Assembly: GCA_016211245.1 (NCBI GenBank)
Contig: JACQSQ010000055.1
Location: 1 to 49,106 of the forward strand
DNA from: Candidatus Woesearchaeota archaeon
GTDB taxonomy: Archaea > Nanobdellota > Nanobdellia > Woesearchaeales > GW2011-AR4
Length of the DNA stretch: 49,106 bases
Direction: 5' to 3'
Positions 1-10,500 of the stretch are shown here, in pieces (the first letter of the stretch is position 1; every line of letters begins with the position of its first letter). The notes under the pieces were generated by a model that was not told the origin of the DNA, searched no databases, and saw only the letters and a program-made list of their open reading frames with translations. The position numbers were made by a program, and so were the translations under genes.

Positions 1-27
1 GATATGTAAATATCAAACATTTTTCAC

Positions 28-552
28 CTATTCTTCACTCAAAATCCACTTCGCAGCATCCAACAAATCCCTTGCAACATAATTCGCTTCTGAATTTTCT
101 TTTTCTTTCATTCCGTTGCCTGTCAATACTAAAATACTTTTGCAGCCTGCGTTGTGGCCCATTTCAATATCTATTCTTTTGTCGCCTATCATGAATGATT
201 TGCTTAAATCAATATCAAAATCTTTTTCTGCATCCTTAATTAGTTTTGCCTTTGGCTTTCGGCATTCGCAGTTATCCTCAGGCTTATGCGGGCAGACATA
301 GATTTTTTCTATCTTGATATTGTGCTTTTTCAGCTCCTGAATCAAGTGGTTACTGAAATTCTCAAAATCTTCCATTTTATAAAATCCGCGGCCAATTCCA
401 CTTTGATTTGTAACAATAATCAATTTAAAAGTCTTCAATAATCTGAGGCCTTCAACCACGTTTGGGATTAATTTAAAATCTTCCAGCTTGTGATGATATC
501 CAACATCCTCAACCAAGGCTCCATCTCGGTCAAGGAAAACTGACTTTGTCAT
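28..552 (-). CDS. gmhB: D-glycero-D-manno-heptose 1,7-bisphosphate phosphatase (HAD IIIA)
   Basis: FLDRDG, VTNQSGIGRG, CPH..CxCRKP zinc loop and MIGDK motifs; adjacent to heptose kinase. Confidence 0.9.
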   Translation of the reverse strand: MTKSVFLDRDGALVEDVGYHHKLEDFKLIPNVVEGLRLLKTFKLIIVTNQSGIGRGFYKMEDFENFSNHLIQELKKHNIKIEKIYVCPHKPEDNCECRKPKAKLIKDAEKDFDIDLSKSFMIGDKRIDIEMGHNAGCKSILVLTGNGMKEKENSEANYVARDLLDAAKWILSEE

Positions 553-557
553 AATTT

Positions 558-1523
558 TTATATCTCCTTTTTTATTTCCTCAATGCTTACGGAAGCGGTT
601 CCTATTTTCCCAACTTTTATTCCAGCCGCTATGTTCGCAAGTAAAGCTGATTCTTTCAAATCTGCCCCGGATGCCATTGCAAGCGCCGCAGTCGCAACAA
701 CTGTGTCTCCTGCTCCAATTAAACTATAAACTTCCTTTGCATTAGCTGGAATGTGAGTTGTATTCCCATTTTTCTCAAACAGGGACATTCCTTTTTCCCC
801 TCTTGTTATCAAGACATTCGTATTAAGATTTTTTAGCAGCTTATTTCCAATCTCAATAACAGTTTCATCGCTTCCGTCCTCGATTCCCGACATTTCACTT
901 GCTTCTGCATTATTTGGAGTTATTAAATCAACATTTAAATAGAAATCCCTGTGCTTCGGCTTTGGGTCAACAATAATCAATTTTTTATTCTGTCTTGCTA
1001 AATCTATTAATTTTCTGCTTAATTCTTTTGTTATTACGCCTTTTGCATAATCTGAGATAACAACAACATCAATTTCCTTGATGTTTTTTTCAATGAATTT
1101 TATTATTGAAGCCTCAATATCCTTATGAATATGCTCCTTATTTTCATAATCAACCCTCAGCAACTGCTGACCTTTTCCCAATATCCTGACTTTCTGGGTT
1201 GTCGGCTTGTCCTTGTCTTGTATAATGCCTTCTGTGTTGATGCACTTCTTTCTCATCTCTTCCATCAGGATATTTCTTGCTTCGTCATTGCCGGAGATTC
1301 CAACCATGTATGGAAAACCGCCTAAGGCAGCTATGTTGTTGGCTACATTAGCAGCACCTCCTGCCTCAAAAGTCTCTTTCAGGACATTCACGACCTGGAC
1401 AGGAGCTTCCGGCGATATTCTTGAAACATCCCCCCAAATGTATTTGTCAAGCATTATATCTCCAATGACTAAGATTTTCTTTTCCTTGAAATTATCCAAT
1501 ATTTTTAATAATTTATTTTTCAT
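558..1523 (-). CDS. hldA: D-glycero-beta-D-manno-heptose-7-phosphate kinase (HldE kinase domain / HldA, PfkB family)
   Basis: GDIMLDKY..G.VSRISPEAPV, SDYAKG, TPN..EA, GAGDTV. Confidence 0.9.
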   Translation of the reverse strand: MKNKLLKILDNFKEKKILVIGDIMLDKYIWGDVSRISPEAPVQVVNVLKETFEAGGAANVANNIAALGGFPYMVGISGNDEARNILMEEMRKKCINTEGIIQDKDKPTTQKVRILGKGQQLLRVDYENKEHIHKDIEASIIKFIEKNIKEIDVVVISDYAKGVITKELSRKLIDLARQNKKLIIVDPKPKHRDFYLNVDLITPNNAEASEMSGIEDGSDETVIEIGNKLLKNLNTNVLITRGEKGMSLFEKNGNTTHIPANAKEVYSLIGAGDTVVATAALAMASGADLKESALLANIAAGIKVGKIGTASVSIEEIKKEI

Positions 1524-1533
1524 TTATTTCACC

Positions 1534-2460
1534 TTATTCTTTGAATTTATCATTCTCCAACCCATTTATCAATAACCTGTGCAATGTGGGGATTGTCTGC
1601 TCATGTCTTCCAATTATTATAAATCCCTTTCCGCCCAATGAAGTCGGCCTTGAAACTACATTTTCCCTTGGCCTGTACTGGTTGCTCATATCAAAATTTG
1701 CTGCTGTTATTTTCCTGACTTTATAGCCCAGATTTCTGGCAATTGTCAAGGCTTTCAAAAATACTTCCGGCAAAACTACTGCACAGCCAATATTTAAGAT
1801 AACTCCTTCTTCCAGTTTGCTGACACTTTCTGCAAAAATCTTGAAATCATGGTAAGAAGTTTTTCCGATTGCAGCGCCATCGCAGCTTGGATGCTGATGA
1901 ATTATATCAGTCCCTATAGCGACATGAACTGTAACAGGAATGCCAAGCTTGTAAGCATTATAAAGAATGCTATACTCCTTATTCGGCAAACTCAGGTCAT
2001 TTATTTTCTTGCCGATAGCATAGCCCATGCCATGATTGTTATTTGCGCCTTCCTTTATGGCTTCATTCAGGATTTTTCCGGTTTCCTCAATCATGCCAAA
2101 AGTGCCGTCTTCAATTGTTTTTTCAACATATTCGGAAGTTTCTCCAATCAAAGCCAATTCAAAGTCATGAATCGGGCCTGCGCCGTTCACTGCTATATGA
2201 TTTATTATTCCCTTTTTCATCAGGTCTATTATCAACAAACTCATTCCAACCTTTATCACATGAGCGCCCATCATGAAAATAACTTGCTTATTCCTGACAA
2301 CAGCATTTGTTGTTATATCACATAACTCATTCAATTCAATAGAATCAAAAATAATTTTAGAATTCTCAGTCTTAACCAAATCTTTTAATTTTACCTTATT
2401 CTTTCTCTGCTTTATTGGAATCGTTTTTATCTTGTTGAAGTCTAGCATTTTATTCCTCAT
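1534..2460 (-). CDS. Deoxyhypusine-synthase-like fold protein of unknown function, in heptose operon
   Basis: MGAHVIKVG, NGAG.IHDFE, HVAIGTDIIH, G.AV.LPEVFLKA motifs; recognition by eye only. Confidence 0.6.
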   Translation of the reverse strand: MRNKMLDFNKIKTIPIKQRKNKVKLKDLVKTENSKIIFDSIELNELCDITTNAVVRNKQVIFMMGAHVIKVGMSLLIIDLMKKGIINHIAVNGAGPIHDFELALIGETSEYVEKTIEDGTFGMIEETGKILNEAIKEGANNNHGMGYAIGKKINDLSLPNKEYSILYNAYKLGIPVTVHVAIGTDIIHQHPSCDGAAIGKTSYHDFKIFAESVSKLEEGVILNIGCAVVLPEVFLKALTIARNLGYKVRKITAANFDMSNQYRPRENVVSRPTSLGGKGFIIIGRHEQTIPTLHRLLINGLENDKFKE

Positions 2461-2860
2461 TTAATTTTCTTGCAGGGCGCAATTTTACATTGTCGCCATC
2501 GTCAGTTGTTGATATTTCCATGATGGTGCTCTTGGGTGTTAATGACCTGAATGTGTGAACAACCCCCGGCTTCAGCCTGAATTTGTCCCCTTTGTTCAAA
2601 ACTATTGTTTGAGCGGGGGAGTTTAAGCTATTTGCATAAGTAAGCGAGATCTGACCTTCGAGGATTATGAAAGTCTCATCCTTTCGCTCGTGATAATGCC
2701 AGCTTGATTCAAACCCTTCATTCAATATCAAAAGCTTGCTGCAATATTTTTCGTTGTTCTCAACCCATAATTCGTAGCCCCAAAGGTGGCCGTGCCTTTC
2801 GCCTTTAAATTCCGCCAAAAACTGGACATGACCCTCTTTGAGTTTTTCCTCTTCTGACAT
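2450..2860 (-). CDS. Cupin-domain protein (sugar isomerase-like)
   Basis: WGYELW, SWHYH..KDETF, PGVVHTF, EIST cupin motifs. Confidence 0.8.
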   Translation of the reverse strand: MSEEEKLKEGHVQFLAEFKGERHGHLWGYELWVENNEKYCSKLLILNEGFESSWHYHERKDETFIILEGQISLTYANSLNSPAQTIVLNKGDKFRLKPGVVHTFRSLTPKSTIMEISTTDDGDNVKLRPARKLNEE

Positions 2861-2871
2861 TTTATCACTTA

Positions 2872-2973
2872 GTATGAACTTTTCATACCTTATTTATAAG
2901 CTTTTCGCTTTTGAATTGTATACTACAGAATATAAAACTATATAAAGTCATACTTTTTACTACTTAATCATAC
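2872..2973. promoter_or_regulatory. Divergent promoter region with GTATGAA-N3-TTCATAC inverted repeat and extra TCATAC half-sites
   Basis: Inverted repeat 2872-2888; TCATAC at 2948 and 2968; TATA-like boxes at about 2893-2899 and 2938-2946. Confidence 0.5.
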
Positions 2974-2978
2974 CTGAA

Positions 2979-3731
2979 ATGACAAAATCAAAGATTGCGA
3001 TATCGATGGATAATGGCTTATTGAGGCTTATAGATTCAAAAGTAGATGGAAGCATAATAAGGAGCAGGTCGCAGGCGATTGAATTTTTTCTTAAGAAAGG
3101 ACTGCAGGAGCAATCTGTCAATGTGGCTGTTTTACTCCTAAAGGGCGAGCACCAGGAAAATGCGCTGAAGGAAATAAAAGGAACCCCATTGCTCAGGCAA
3201 CAGATCGAATTTTTTGCAAATCATGGGATAAAAACTGTTTATATTATAACACAGCACACCAAAAATATGAATTCCCTAATTAGCGAAATATCTTATGCAA
3301 AGATAAATGCCGAAATCATTGAGAAACAGGCAAAAGGAAATGCAGAAGCCCTGTCTGCGGTAAAAGACAGAATAAACAATTCTTTTATTGTAATGTCCGG
3401 CGACACGTATAACAATTTTGACCTGCTGAAAATGATAAAAAAGCACGCAGATTCTGACAAACTGGCAACAATGGGATTAATGACACGGGAAAAAGCGTCA
3501 AGCTACGGAACTGCAATCCTGGATGGAGACTTGGTTGTTGATTTTCAGGAAAAGCCGAAGCATTATTCGACGAATATAGTGAATGCGGGGATTTATGTTT
3601 TCAAGCCTGAATTATTTGAGCTGTTTGAGGACGCAGTTTCTCTGGAGAAAGATTTATTTCCGAGGCTGGCAAGATTAAAGCAGTTGGTCGGGTTTTTCAC
3701 GTATGGGGAGTATGTGCATATGGGGGATTGA
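2979..3731 (+). CDS. Ribbon-helix-helix domain fused to a degenerate sugar-phosphate nucleotidyltransferase domain
   Basis: N-terminal KIAISMD..LL..ID...SRSQAIEFFL (RHH); C-terminal VMSGD, YG, FQEKP, VNAGIY; the usual GGxGTRL motif is missing. Confidence 0.75.
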   Translation: MTKSKIAISMDNGLLRLIDSKVDGSIIRSRSQAIEFFLKKGLQEQSVNVAVLLLKGEHQENALKEIKGTPLLRQQIEFFANHGIKTVYIITQHTKNMNSLISEISYAKINAEIIEKQAKGNAEALSAVKDRINNSFIVMSGDTYNNFDLLKMIKKHADSDKLATMGLMTREKASSYGTAILDGDLVVDFQEKPKHYSTNIVNAGIYVFKPELFELFEDAVSLEKDLFPRLARLKQLVGFFTYGEYVHMGD

Positions 3732-3734
3732 AAG

Positions 3735-4142
3735 ATGCAAGAAGACTTTTACTTGGACACTTCAATTTGGCTCGATTTTTATGAAAAAAGAGGAAAAAAT
3801 GGCGAGTCAGCTCTAAAATTAATTCTGAAAATAATCAATGAAGACCTTAAAGTATCCTATTCTGACCTGCATGTTAGGGAACTTAAAAAACTAAATTACA
3901 GCCCAAATGAAATCAATTCTATATTCAGCATAGCCAAGCCAAAAAATCTCCAACATGTTCATATTTACAGAGAACAAAAAGAAGATGCCAAAAATATTGC
4001 AAGAAAAAGAAATATTCCCGAGGGCGATGTGCTACATGCCATTTTGTGCAGGGATAACAATCTGCAGTTAATATCACGGGATAATGATTTTCTAAGGTTA
4101 ACAGATATTTCTGAAGTAAAATTGCCGGAAGATTTCATTTAA
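3735..4142 (+). CDS. PIN-domain (VapC-like) ribonuclease
   Basis: YLDTSIWLD, GDVLHAI, LISRDNDF acidic PIN motifs. Confidence 0.85.
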   Translation: MQEDFYLDTSIWLDFYEKRGKNGESALKLILKIINEDLKVSYSDLHVRELKKLNYSPNEINSIFSIAKPKNLQHVHIYREQKEDAKNIARKRNIPEGDVLHAILCRDNNLQLISRDNDFLRLTDISEVKLPEDFI

Positions 4143-4389
4143 GTTCTCTGTCAAGTTCCTCAAATGCTTTTTCTCTGGCTACATGTAATTGGGCATCAGT
4201 TGTCTTTCTTTTTGAAGCACCATACAGGCTTTTTGCCCTTAGAATCAATTCTTCCTTTTCCAAATCCTTTATTTTATCTCTTATAGCTTCCCTGATGAAC
4301 TCTGTTTTAGTGGTATATCTGTGTTTTTTCATGATATTTTCTATGTCTTTGAGAAATTCGTTTTCGAGCTTTAGGCTTATAGATTCCAT
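4135..4389 (-). CDS. RHH/CopG-family DNA-binding protein (antitoxin-like)
   Basis: ISLKLE...YTTKTEFIREAIRDKI; 84 aa. Confidence 0.8.
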   Translation of the reverse strand: MESISLKLENEFLKDIENIMKKHRYTTKTEFIREAIRDKIKDLEKEELILRAKSLYGASKRKTTDAQLHVAREKAFEELDRELK

Positions 4390-4499
4390 GATATTACTTA
4401 GTAATACTAGATAGTATATAAATATTTCGGATTGATTGAGAGTACAAAATTATTGATTGGGTTTTTTACGTAGGGCGAATTACGCATATGGAAGCATGA

Positions 4500-5309
4500 T
4501 TATCTTCTATATAATGCAATAAAATTTGGAACTTTTATTTCAGGCGCATCTCTCCCTTCTATGTAACTACTCTGCCTTTTTACATCAAATGCAGATGCAC
4601 TTGTGTCCCCATCTAAAGCACCTACAATTACGCATCTATGCTGCTGTCTCATATATCTATCGCCCAAAGTAAAATTAGTGTTTTTGAAAATTACATCAAC
4701 GAGATTGCCGTCTTTAGTCAAACCTATAAGGTTTCTTGGAATTTTTTTATCATTTTCATTTTCTGCATACAATCTCTGTCCATTATAATGCAAAAGATTC
4801 AATTGTAAGGCATCATTAACTCTATATTTACCATCTCTTATTTTGAAATCTCTCACCAAAATATCTATAGGGATTATATGTATCTGACCATTTTTATCAG
4901 TAAAAAGAACTCCATCTCCAACACCCTGCACGTATGGCATTTTCTCTTTGCCATTATGGATTTCAAGACCACTTGCTGCATCTTTATTCCTAAACAAGCT
5001 TCCGTTAAAGCAAACATATGCACCAATTTTGTCTCTAACCCATTGAGTAGTTTCAAAATAATCTTTTATCCCAGTAAGCTCTTCTCCTGTAACTACATCT
5101 GCTCGATATCTACCTGCTTGTGCTATTGTAATAAAACCATGGTTTTCATCAACCCACTTGCCTAGTGGTACGACTATAGTCTGAATAGGTGGTGTTTGAA
5201 TAGTAGATTGTTGTGCAATCAACGTGCTTGGAGATAAAGCAGCACCTGTAGTTCCTAACGTAATTAGTCTTACAAAATCTCTTCTACCAATTTCATGATC
5301 TAATACCAT
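4500..5309 (-). CDS. Secreted phosphodiester-glycosidase (NAGPA-like) domain protein with twin-arginine signal
   Basis: GRRDFVRL plus hydrophobic stretch; FNGSLF, PRNLIG, ALDGDTS resemble NAGPA NGgfF / PRTAIG / NLDGGGS. Confidence 0.6.
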   Translation of the reverse strand: MVLDHEIGRRDFVRLITLGTTGAALSPSTLIAQQSTIQTPPIQTIVVPLGKWVDENHGFITIAQAGRYRADVVTGEELTGIKDYFETTQWVRDKIGAYVCFNGSLFRNKDAASGLEIHNGKEKMPYVQGVGDGVLFTDKNGQIHIIPIDILVRDFKIRDGKYRVNDALQLNLLHYNGQRLYAENENDKKIPRNLIGLTKDGNLVDVIFKNTNFTLGDRYMRQQHRCVIVGALDGDTSASAFDVKRQSSYIEGRDAPEIKVPNFIALYRR

Positions 5310-5371
5310 ATGATTAGAATAACAATCCCATTTTTAAATCTTTATATTTGTACCACTAAGAAATAGTATCT

Positions 5372-6505
5372 TCAAACCAACTTCTCCACTTCCTTTAAAA
5401 CGTCATCAACGCTAATATTCTTCATGCACTTTTGGTAATCATTTGAATTTCTTGGATACAGACAATCTGGAACTTGGCCTTTGTGGACATTGATACATGG
5501 GCTGAATTGACAATTATAACCTTTATACAGTCCAATATTTCCTTTTCCGTAAGGCCCAAAGCGAACAGGCGAGTTTGGTCCAAACAATCCCAATGTCTTA
5601 ATGCCCTGCGCTGCTGCTATATGCATAGGGCCAGAATCATTTCCAATGAATAATTTACATTTTGTCATCAAGCAAAATAATTGATTTAGATTAATCTGAC
5701 CTGCCGCGTTTATTGTTTTGTCTTTATGCTCCATCTTTTCCTGTATGGATTTTATCAAGTCATTCTCTTCTGGAATTCCTGTAAAAACAATTTTTACAGC
5801 ATATTTCAAAATGATTTCATCGCACAATTCAGCATACATATCAAAAGGCCACATTCTGGCTTTTGCTGACTCTGCAGCTCCAGGCGCAACACAGACAAGA
5901 AAATCATTGCTCTTAATTTCATTATTTTTTAAAAATGAATCAACTTTATTTTTGTCATTCTTTGAATAATTTAAATTTGACAATTTATCGGCGTCGTAAT
6001 TAATTTTAAGTTCCCTTACCAAATCCAGAAATGTCTGTACTGCATGCTGCTTGTCATTGTATTTGACTTTATAGTCATATAATTTTACTCTTGCGCCGTG
6101 AGAATACCCGACAATGCTTTTGCCGGCAAAGAAAGACGCCAAAGCAGACACATTGAGGTATTCCTCCATGTCAAAAGCCAAGTCATATTTTTTTAGATTT
6201 TTAATCATAAACTTAATTATAGAGAATGGGTTTAATTTTATTAATTGCAAATTATCCAAATTTTTGTTATCATAAAAAACATCCTTGTTCCTTGCAGTTG
6301 CCAAGACATCAATCTGAGCTTTTGGATATTCCTTTCTCAAAGCCTCAAGCGCAGGCAGCATCAATATAGTTTCACCTATGCCCCAAAGCTGCACGACAAT
6401 AATTTTATTTACACTTCCAATCTTTTTTCCCTTATGAAACAACCCAAGAAAATTGCACAGCAGATTGCCAAGCCACTTGTCTACGAATTTTACGACTAAT
6501 ACCAT
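5372..6505 (-). CDS. Glycosyltransferase family 9 (ADP-heptose heptosyltransferase-like)
   Basis: GIGETIL..P, PGA.....R.WP, IGNDSGPMHIAAA, LFGP. Confidence 0.9.
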   Translation of the reverse strand: MVLVVKFVDKWLGNLLCNFLGLFHKGKKIGSVNKIIVVQLWGIGETILMLPALEALRKEYPKAQIDVLATARNKDVFYDNKNLDNLQLIKLNPFSIIKFMIKNLKKYDLAFDMEEYLNVSALASFFAGKSIVGYSHGARVKLYDYKVKYNDKQHAVQTFLDLVRELKINYDADKLSNLNYSKNDKNKVDSFLKNNEIKSNDFLVCVAPGAAESAKARMWPFDMYAELCDEIILKYAVKIVFTGIPEENDLIKSIQEKMEHKDKTINAAGQINLNQLFCLMTKCKLFIGNDSGPMHIAAAQGIKTLGLFGPNSPVRFGPYGKGNIGLYKGYNCQFSPCINVHKGQVPDCLYPRNSNDYQKCMKNISVDDVLKEVEKLV

Positions 6506-6552
6506 AAAATAAAGTAAATTTACAGGCTATTTAAATCTATAGCCGGCTATAA

Positions 6553-6897
6553 TTATTTCTTCTTTCCCCTGTTCATGGCAAGCTGCCTTACAATAGTTTC
6601 AACCTGCTTCTGCGTCTTTCTTATTATTGTGTAGGTGTAGAATGCAGACGCAATCAAAAACAAAAATCCGCTCACGATCAAAACATCCAAAGCCCTGAAA
6701 AACCCGAAATATACGACTATTGGATCGAGAATTGACGGGAATAAGGCTATTATGATAAAAACCACCCATGCGACAGCCCAAAAGGCAAATTCTTTTGCTG
6801 TAAACTCCTTTTTCTTGTAGTTTATAAAAGAATAGTAAATGAAAAACAAACCAAACAAAATTCCAGCAATCTGTATTCCCAAAACCATAATTCTCAC
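6553..6897 (-). CDS. DUF2304-like small membrane protein
   Basis: Three hydrophobic segments, C-terminal ETIVRQLA; start overlaps the GT2 stop. Confidence 0.75.
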   Translation of the reverse strand: MRIMVLGIQIAGILFGLFFIYYSFINYKKKEFTAKEFAFWAVAWVVFIIIALFPSILDPIVVYFGFFRALDVLIVSGFLFLIASAFYTYTIIRKTQKQVETIVRQLAMNRGKKK

Positions 6898-7571
6898 CTT
6901 GCATTACTTCCGTTAAAAAGTTTCCACCAAATCATGTTCAAGACAATTTTTATTCCATCAATGACAGTTGTGCCTTTGTACCTGTCAGAGTATATTGTCT
7001 GGATGGGAATCTGCACATATTTTAATCTTTGCCTTCCCGCCCTTGCTATCATCTCGGATTCCATTGAATAATCAGGGGCATTCCATCTTATTTTTTTGTA
7101 AGATTCTCTAGAAAAAGCCCTGAACCCGCATTGGGTGTCATTAATCCTAATTCCATAAAGAAGCTCAACTATATTGGATATAATCCAATTCCCAAACCTC
7201 AAAACCAATGGCATCTTTCTGCTTAATTTCCTGTAGCTAAAAACAATATCATACTTATTCAATTTTTCAATAAATCTTGGGATGTCATGCGGGTCGTGCT
7301 GGGCGTCAGCGTCCAAAACCACGATGAATCTTGCCCCGCTTTTCAAAGCAAAATCGCATCCAGTTTTCAATGAAGCTCCTTTGCCCAAATTTATAATATG
7401 CCTCAGGACTGTTGCGCCAGCTTTTTCGCCAAGCGAAGCTGTTTTATCTGTTGAGCCGTCATCAACTAATAAAACTTCATCTGCAAAAGCTCTTGCTTTT
7501 TTAATCACCTTGAAAATATTCTTCTCCTCGTTGCAGGCAGGAATCACAACCCAGATGTTGTTTGTTTTCAT
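6894..7571 (-). CDS. GT2 dolichol/polyprenyl-phosphate glycosyltransferase (DPM1-like)
   Basis: VIPACNEE, VDDGSTD, NLGKG, DADAQH, DTQCGFRA. Confidence 0.88.
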   Translation of the reverse strand: MKTNNIWVVIPACNEEKNIFKVIKKARAFADEVLLVDDGSTDKTASLGEKAGATVLRHIINLGKGASLKTGCDFALKSGARFIVVLDADAQHDPHDIPRFIEKLNKYDIVFSYRKLSRKMPLVLRFGNWIISNIVELLYGIRINDTQCGFRAFSRESYKKIRWNAPDYSMESEMIARAGRQRLKYVQIPIQTIYSDRYKGTTVIDGIKIVLNMIWWKLFNGSNAR

Positions 7572-10500
7572 TGAGAAGTGTTTGATACAGTTGAATTGTT
7601 TTCTAAAATTGGCTGCGCAGCAGCCACTTCAGGCTTCCAAAAATCAGAATATTTCCCGACTATTGTGGCATTTGAGCCTTCCCAGTCTATTTTATAGACG
7701 TAAATGTCAGTGCCTGTTAATCCCATTTCATGCTTGAACAATTTGAAGTGTTTTAAGCCATGCCCTTGCATGTAAAACATTCTTGTGAACATGCTGCCGC
7801 TAAGTTCACCACTCGAAATAATAACTTCTACCTCTTCCTTGCTTTTTGGCACAACAGTCATACTATGCCCTATTGCCTCATTGTTAAATATTTTTGTGAA
7901 CAGCCCAATTTCTGTAGCGAATACGGCAGATGCAGGTCTAAAAATTTGATTTTGTAACTGCGAATAAATATCGTAGCTACTTAAATTTACATTAAAAACC
8001 AGGGGAGCATTGCCCCCGTTGCTTAAAGGCGGGCACACATAAATCCCATCTTCATTTTTGCTGCACGTCATCTGCCCGGCGTAGCCCGGCCTTGGAGCAA
8101 TAAATCGGTTGGCTAAACCATCACTTATGATTTTGTCTGGCTCATTTTCTATGCTTTTCATCTCGAAATAAAAATTTTCAGCGCTTTCTCTTGTATAATT
8201 GAATTTGCCAGTTATGTATGTTACTGCCTCTTCCTGCGGCATCACTCTGGCATTTTTCCATAAATCAGCCCTTTCGAAGCTCCAGCTTCCGAAATGGCTC
8301 CAGACTTTAGCTTTTTTTACCATGTCTTCTGAAACAATAAAGTACGCCTCTGGCGGGCTGCAATGGGTATAGGAAAGAATTTTTTTGATATTCTCCTCAT
8401 TTAAGTTGTATTTCCTTAATCTTCCCTCTGCCTGGTTTTTGTCTAGTAAAATAATCTCATTGATTATGCTGATTGTCAGATGTATGTCTTTGTTAATGCC
8501 TACTAACTCATTATAAGCACTATCGCTTCCACAGTCCAGCATTTTTAAAATACCTATAGCTTCTTTTTCGTTGCTTGTTGTGAGCAGCTTGCCTGTCCAA
8601 TGCGCAGGCGGAAATGTTTGAGTAGTCCCATCAAAAGTTACTGCCCTATCAGTTATGTACTTAAAATTGTGCCCAAAGTCCCACCAGGATGTTATTATCG
8701 CATTTGGCTTTGAATCCTTTTTTATTGCCACTAAAGCATTATGCCAGGCATCGTTAATTATCGGCACATCATAACTGACTACATCTATAGCGCCTTTGAT
8801 TGGATTAACATACAACAGCAAAATAATCACAAGCAGTACGCTGCTCACTATCGGCTTGTAAATTCTCATTTCTTTTGAATGCCACCTTGAAAAATAATAA
8901 AATAATTTTCCAACAGCGACTCCAAATGCGATGCTGAAAGGAGGCGCAAGCAACAAAATAAATCGCAATCCTTTTATGCTTGCAAAAATCGTTGATGCAA
9001 TCCACAATGATAGCAATATAGAAAGCCTGAAATCATAGGAAATGTCTTTCTCATAAAGCGAATAAATCATTCTTATAATTATGGGGAGCATTATCCATAC
9101 AAGCAATGCACTTAATGGCAGGCTCTGATACACTATCCTTGGATCAAGCTTTGTACCAACATTTATAAATAAAATCCCATAGAATACAATTGCGCCGATT
9201 ATGTAAAATACATCGAATTTCTTCAGCTTCTCTTCTCTGGAAACCGCCAGTATAAGCCCGACTAATGACACGAAAAAGAGAAAATTGCCGCCCATGGAAT
9301 TGATAATTGTACTAAGAGAGCCTTCCTCAAGCTCCTCAACAGTCGTCAAAACGTTTGGCCACAATGAGAGGCTAAGAACCTGAGCTTTTATAGAGCTGAA
9401 CCCCAACGGGCCAAGCAAACTATTTCTGAATGCATTCCAGCCCGAGAATAATACTGCAAATACAGATGCTGATAAAAAATAAACAAAAGCAAAAATAAAA
9501 TCGTTCCTTAGGTATGTATTGGTCAGCAGCAATTTTGGATTGGACTTGATTTCGCTAAAGTTAGCCAATATAAGATATACAATAATTATCGCAACTGTAG
9601 CAATAAGGAAATCAAATATATACCACCACCCACTCCATGCAAATGCATACACGCCAGTAAAAAAACCAGCTAGTGTTGCGGCTATAAAAAGATTTAACGT
9701 TTTTCTAGCACTATTTGCTATAACAAAAAGCCACGTGATTATAATAGGAAAAAAGACTACCCAGACATCATTGTCAGGGTGAGCGAACAATGTCCTGCTC
9801 AAGAAAGCGGCATTGACAGCCATCATTAGTCCGGCAAAGAATCCCCCCATGTTGCCTCCAGCCTTCCTTCCTATCAAGAACACAATCAAGACACAAACTG
9901 CAGAAATAACTACTGGAAAATAAAACGATGACTGCGTTACGGATATTTTAGATGAAAATATTCTGGCAAGTTTGTAAAAATAAGCTATTGAATACGAATG
10001 GAACATGTCTGGAACCACAAACCTGCCATTCGGCGCGAGCTGGTGGTTGTCAAAAGGCCTTCCGTCCCTTAACTCGTCCCCCGGGTGCCCATTTTTTATT
10101 ATATTTTCAGCGTATCTCACCCAATAGTACGGATCGGTATCTGGCATATAGTTCTTTTTACTCTCATCTTGATAAAATTCCCTGAACCTTTTGGAATAGT
10201 ACGCTGTTGTGGCATCAACATCCTTTTTTCTTTCCTTTAGGACCTTGCTTAGCTCAGTCTCTGCTATAACATCTTTGTTAGCGTCTGGAACATTCAAAAA
10301 TTGCTGGTATATGCTGGCTCTTATATCTGACCTTATATTCTCTATTACAGTGTTCCTAGCCCACTCGTCTGCGAATGGCAGATTGATTCCCTGCATTCTT
10401 ATATATATAGAAAGGATTATCGGGATTAGGGCGAGAAGCACTATGCCATATTTCTTGAAAAAAATAGTTAATTTTTCCTTGGACTCTAAGAAATTTTTTA

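Noticed and set aside
6599..6904. 101-aa alternative-frame ORF
   Set aside because: Overlaps the better supported DUF2304-like gene on the same strand.
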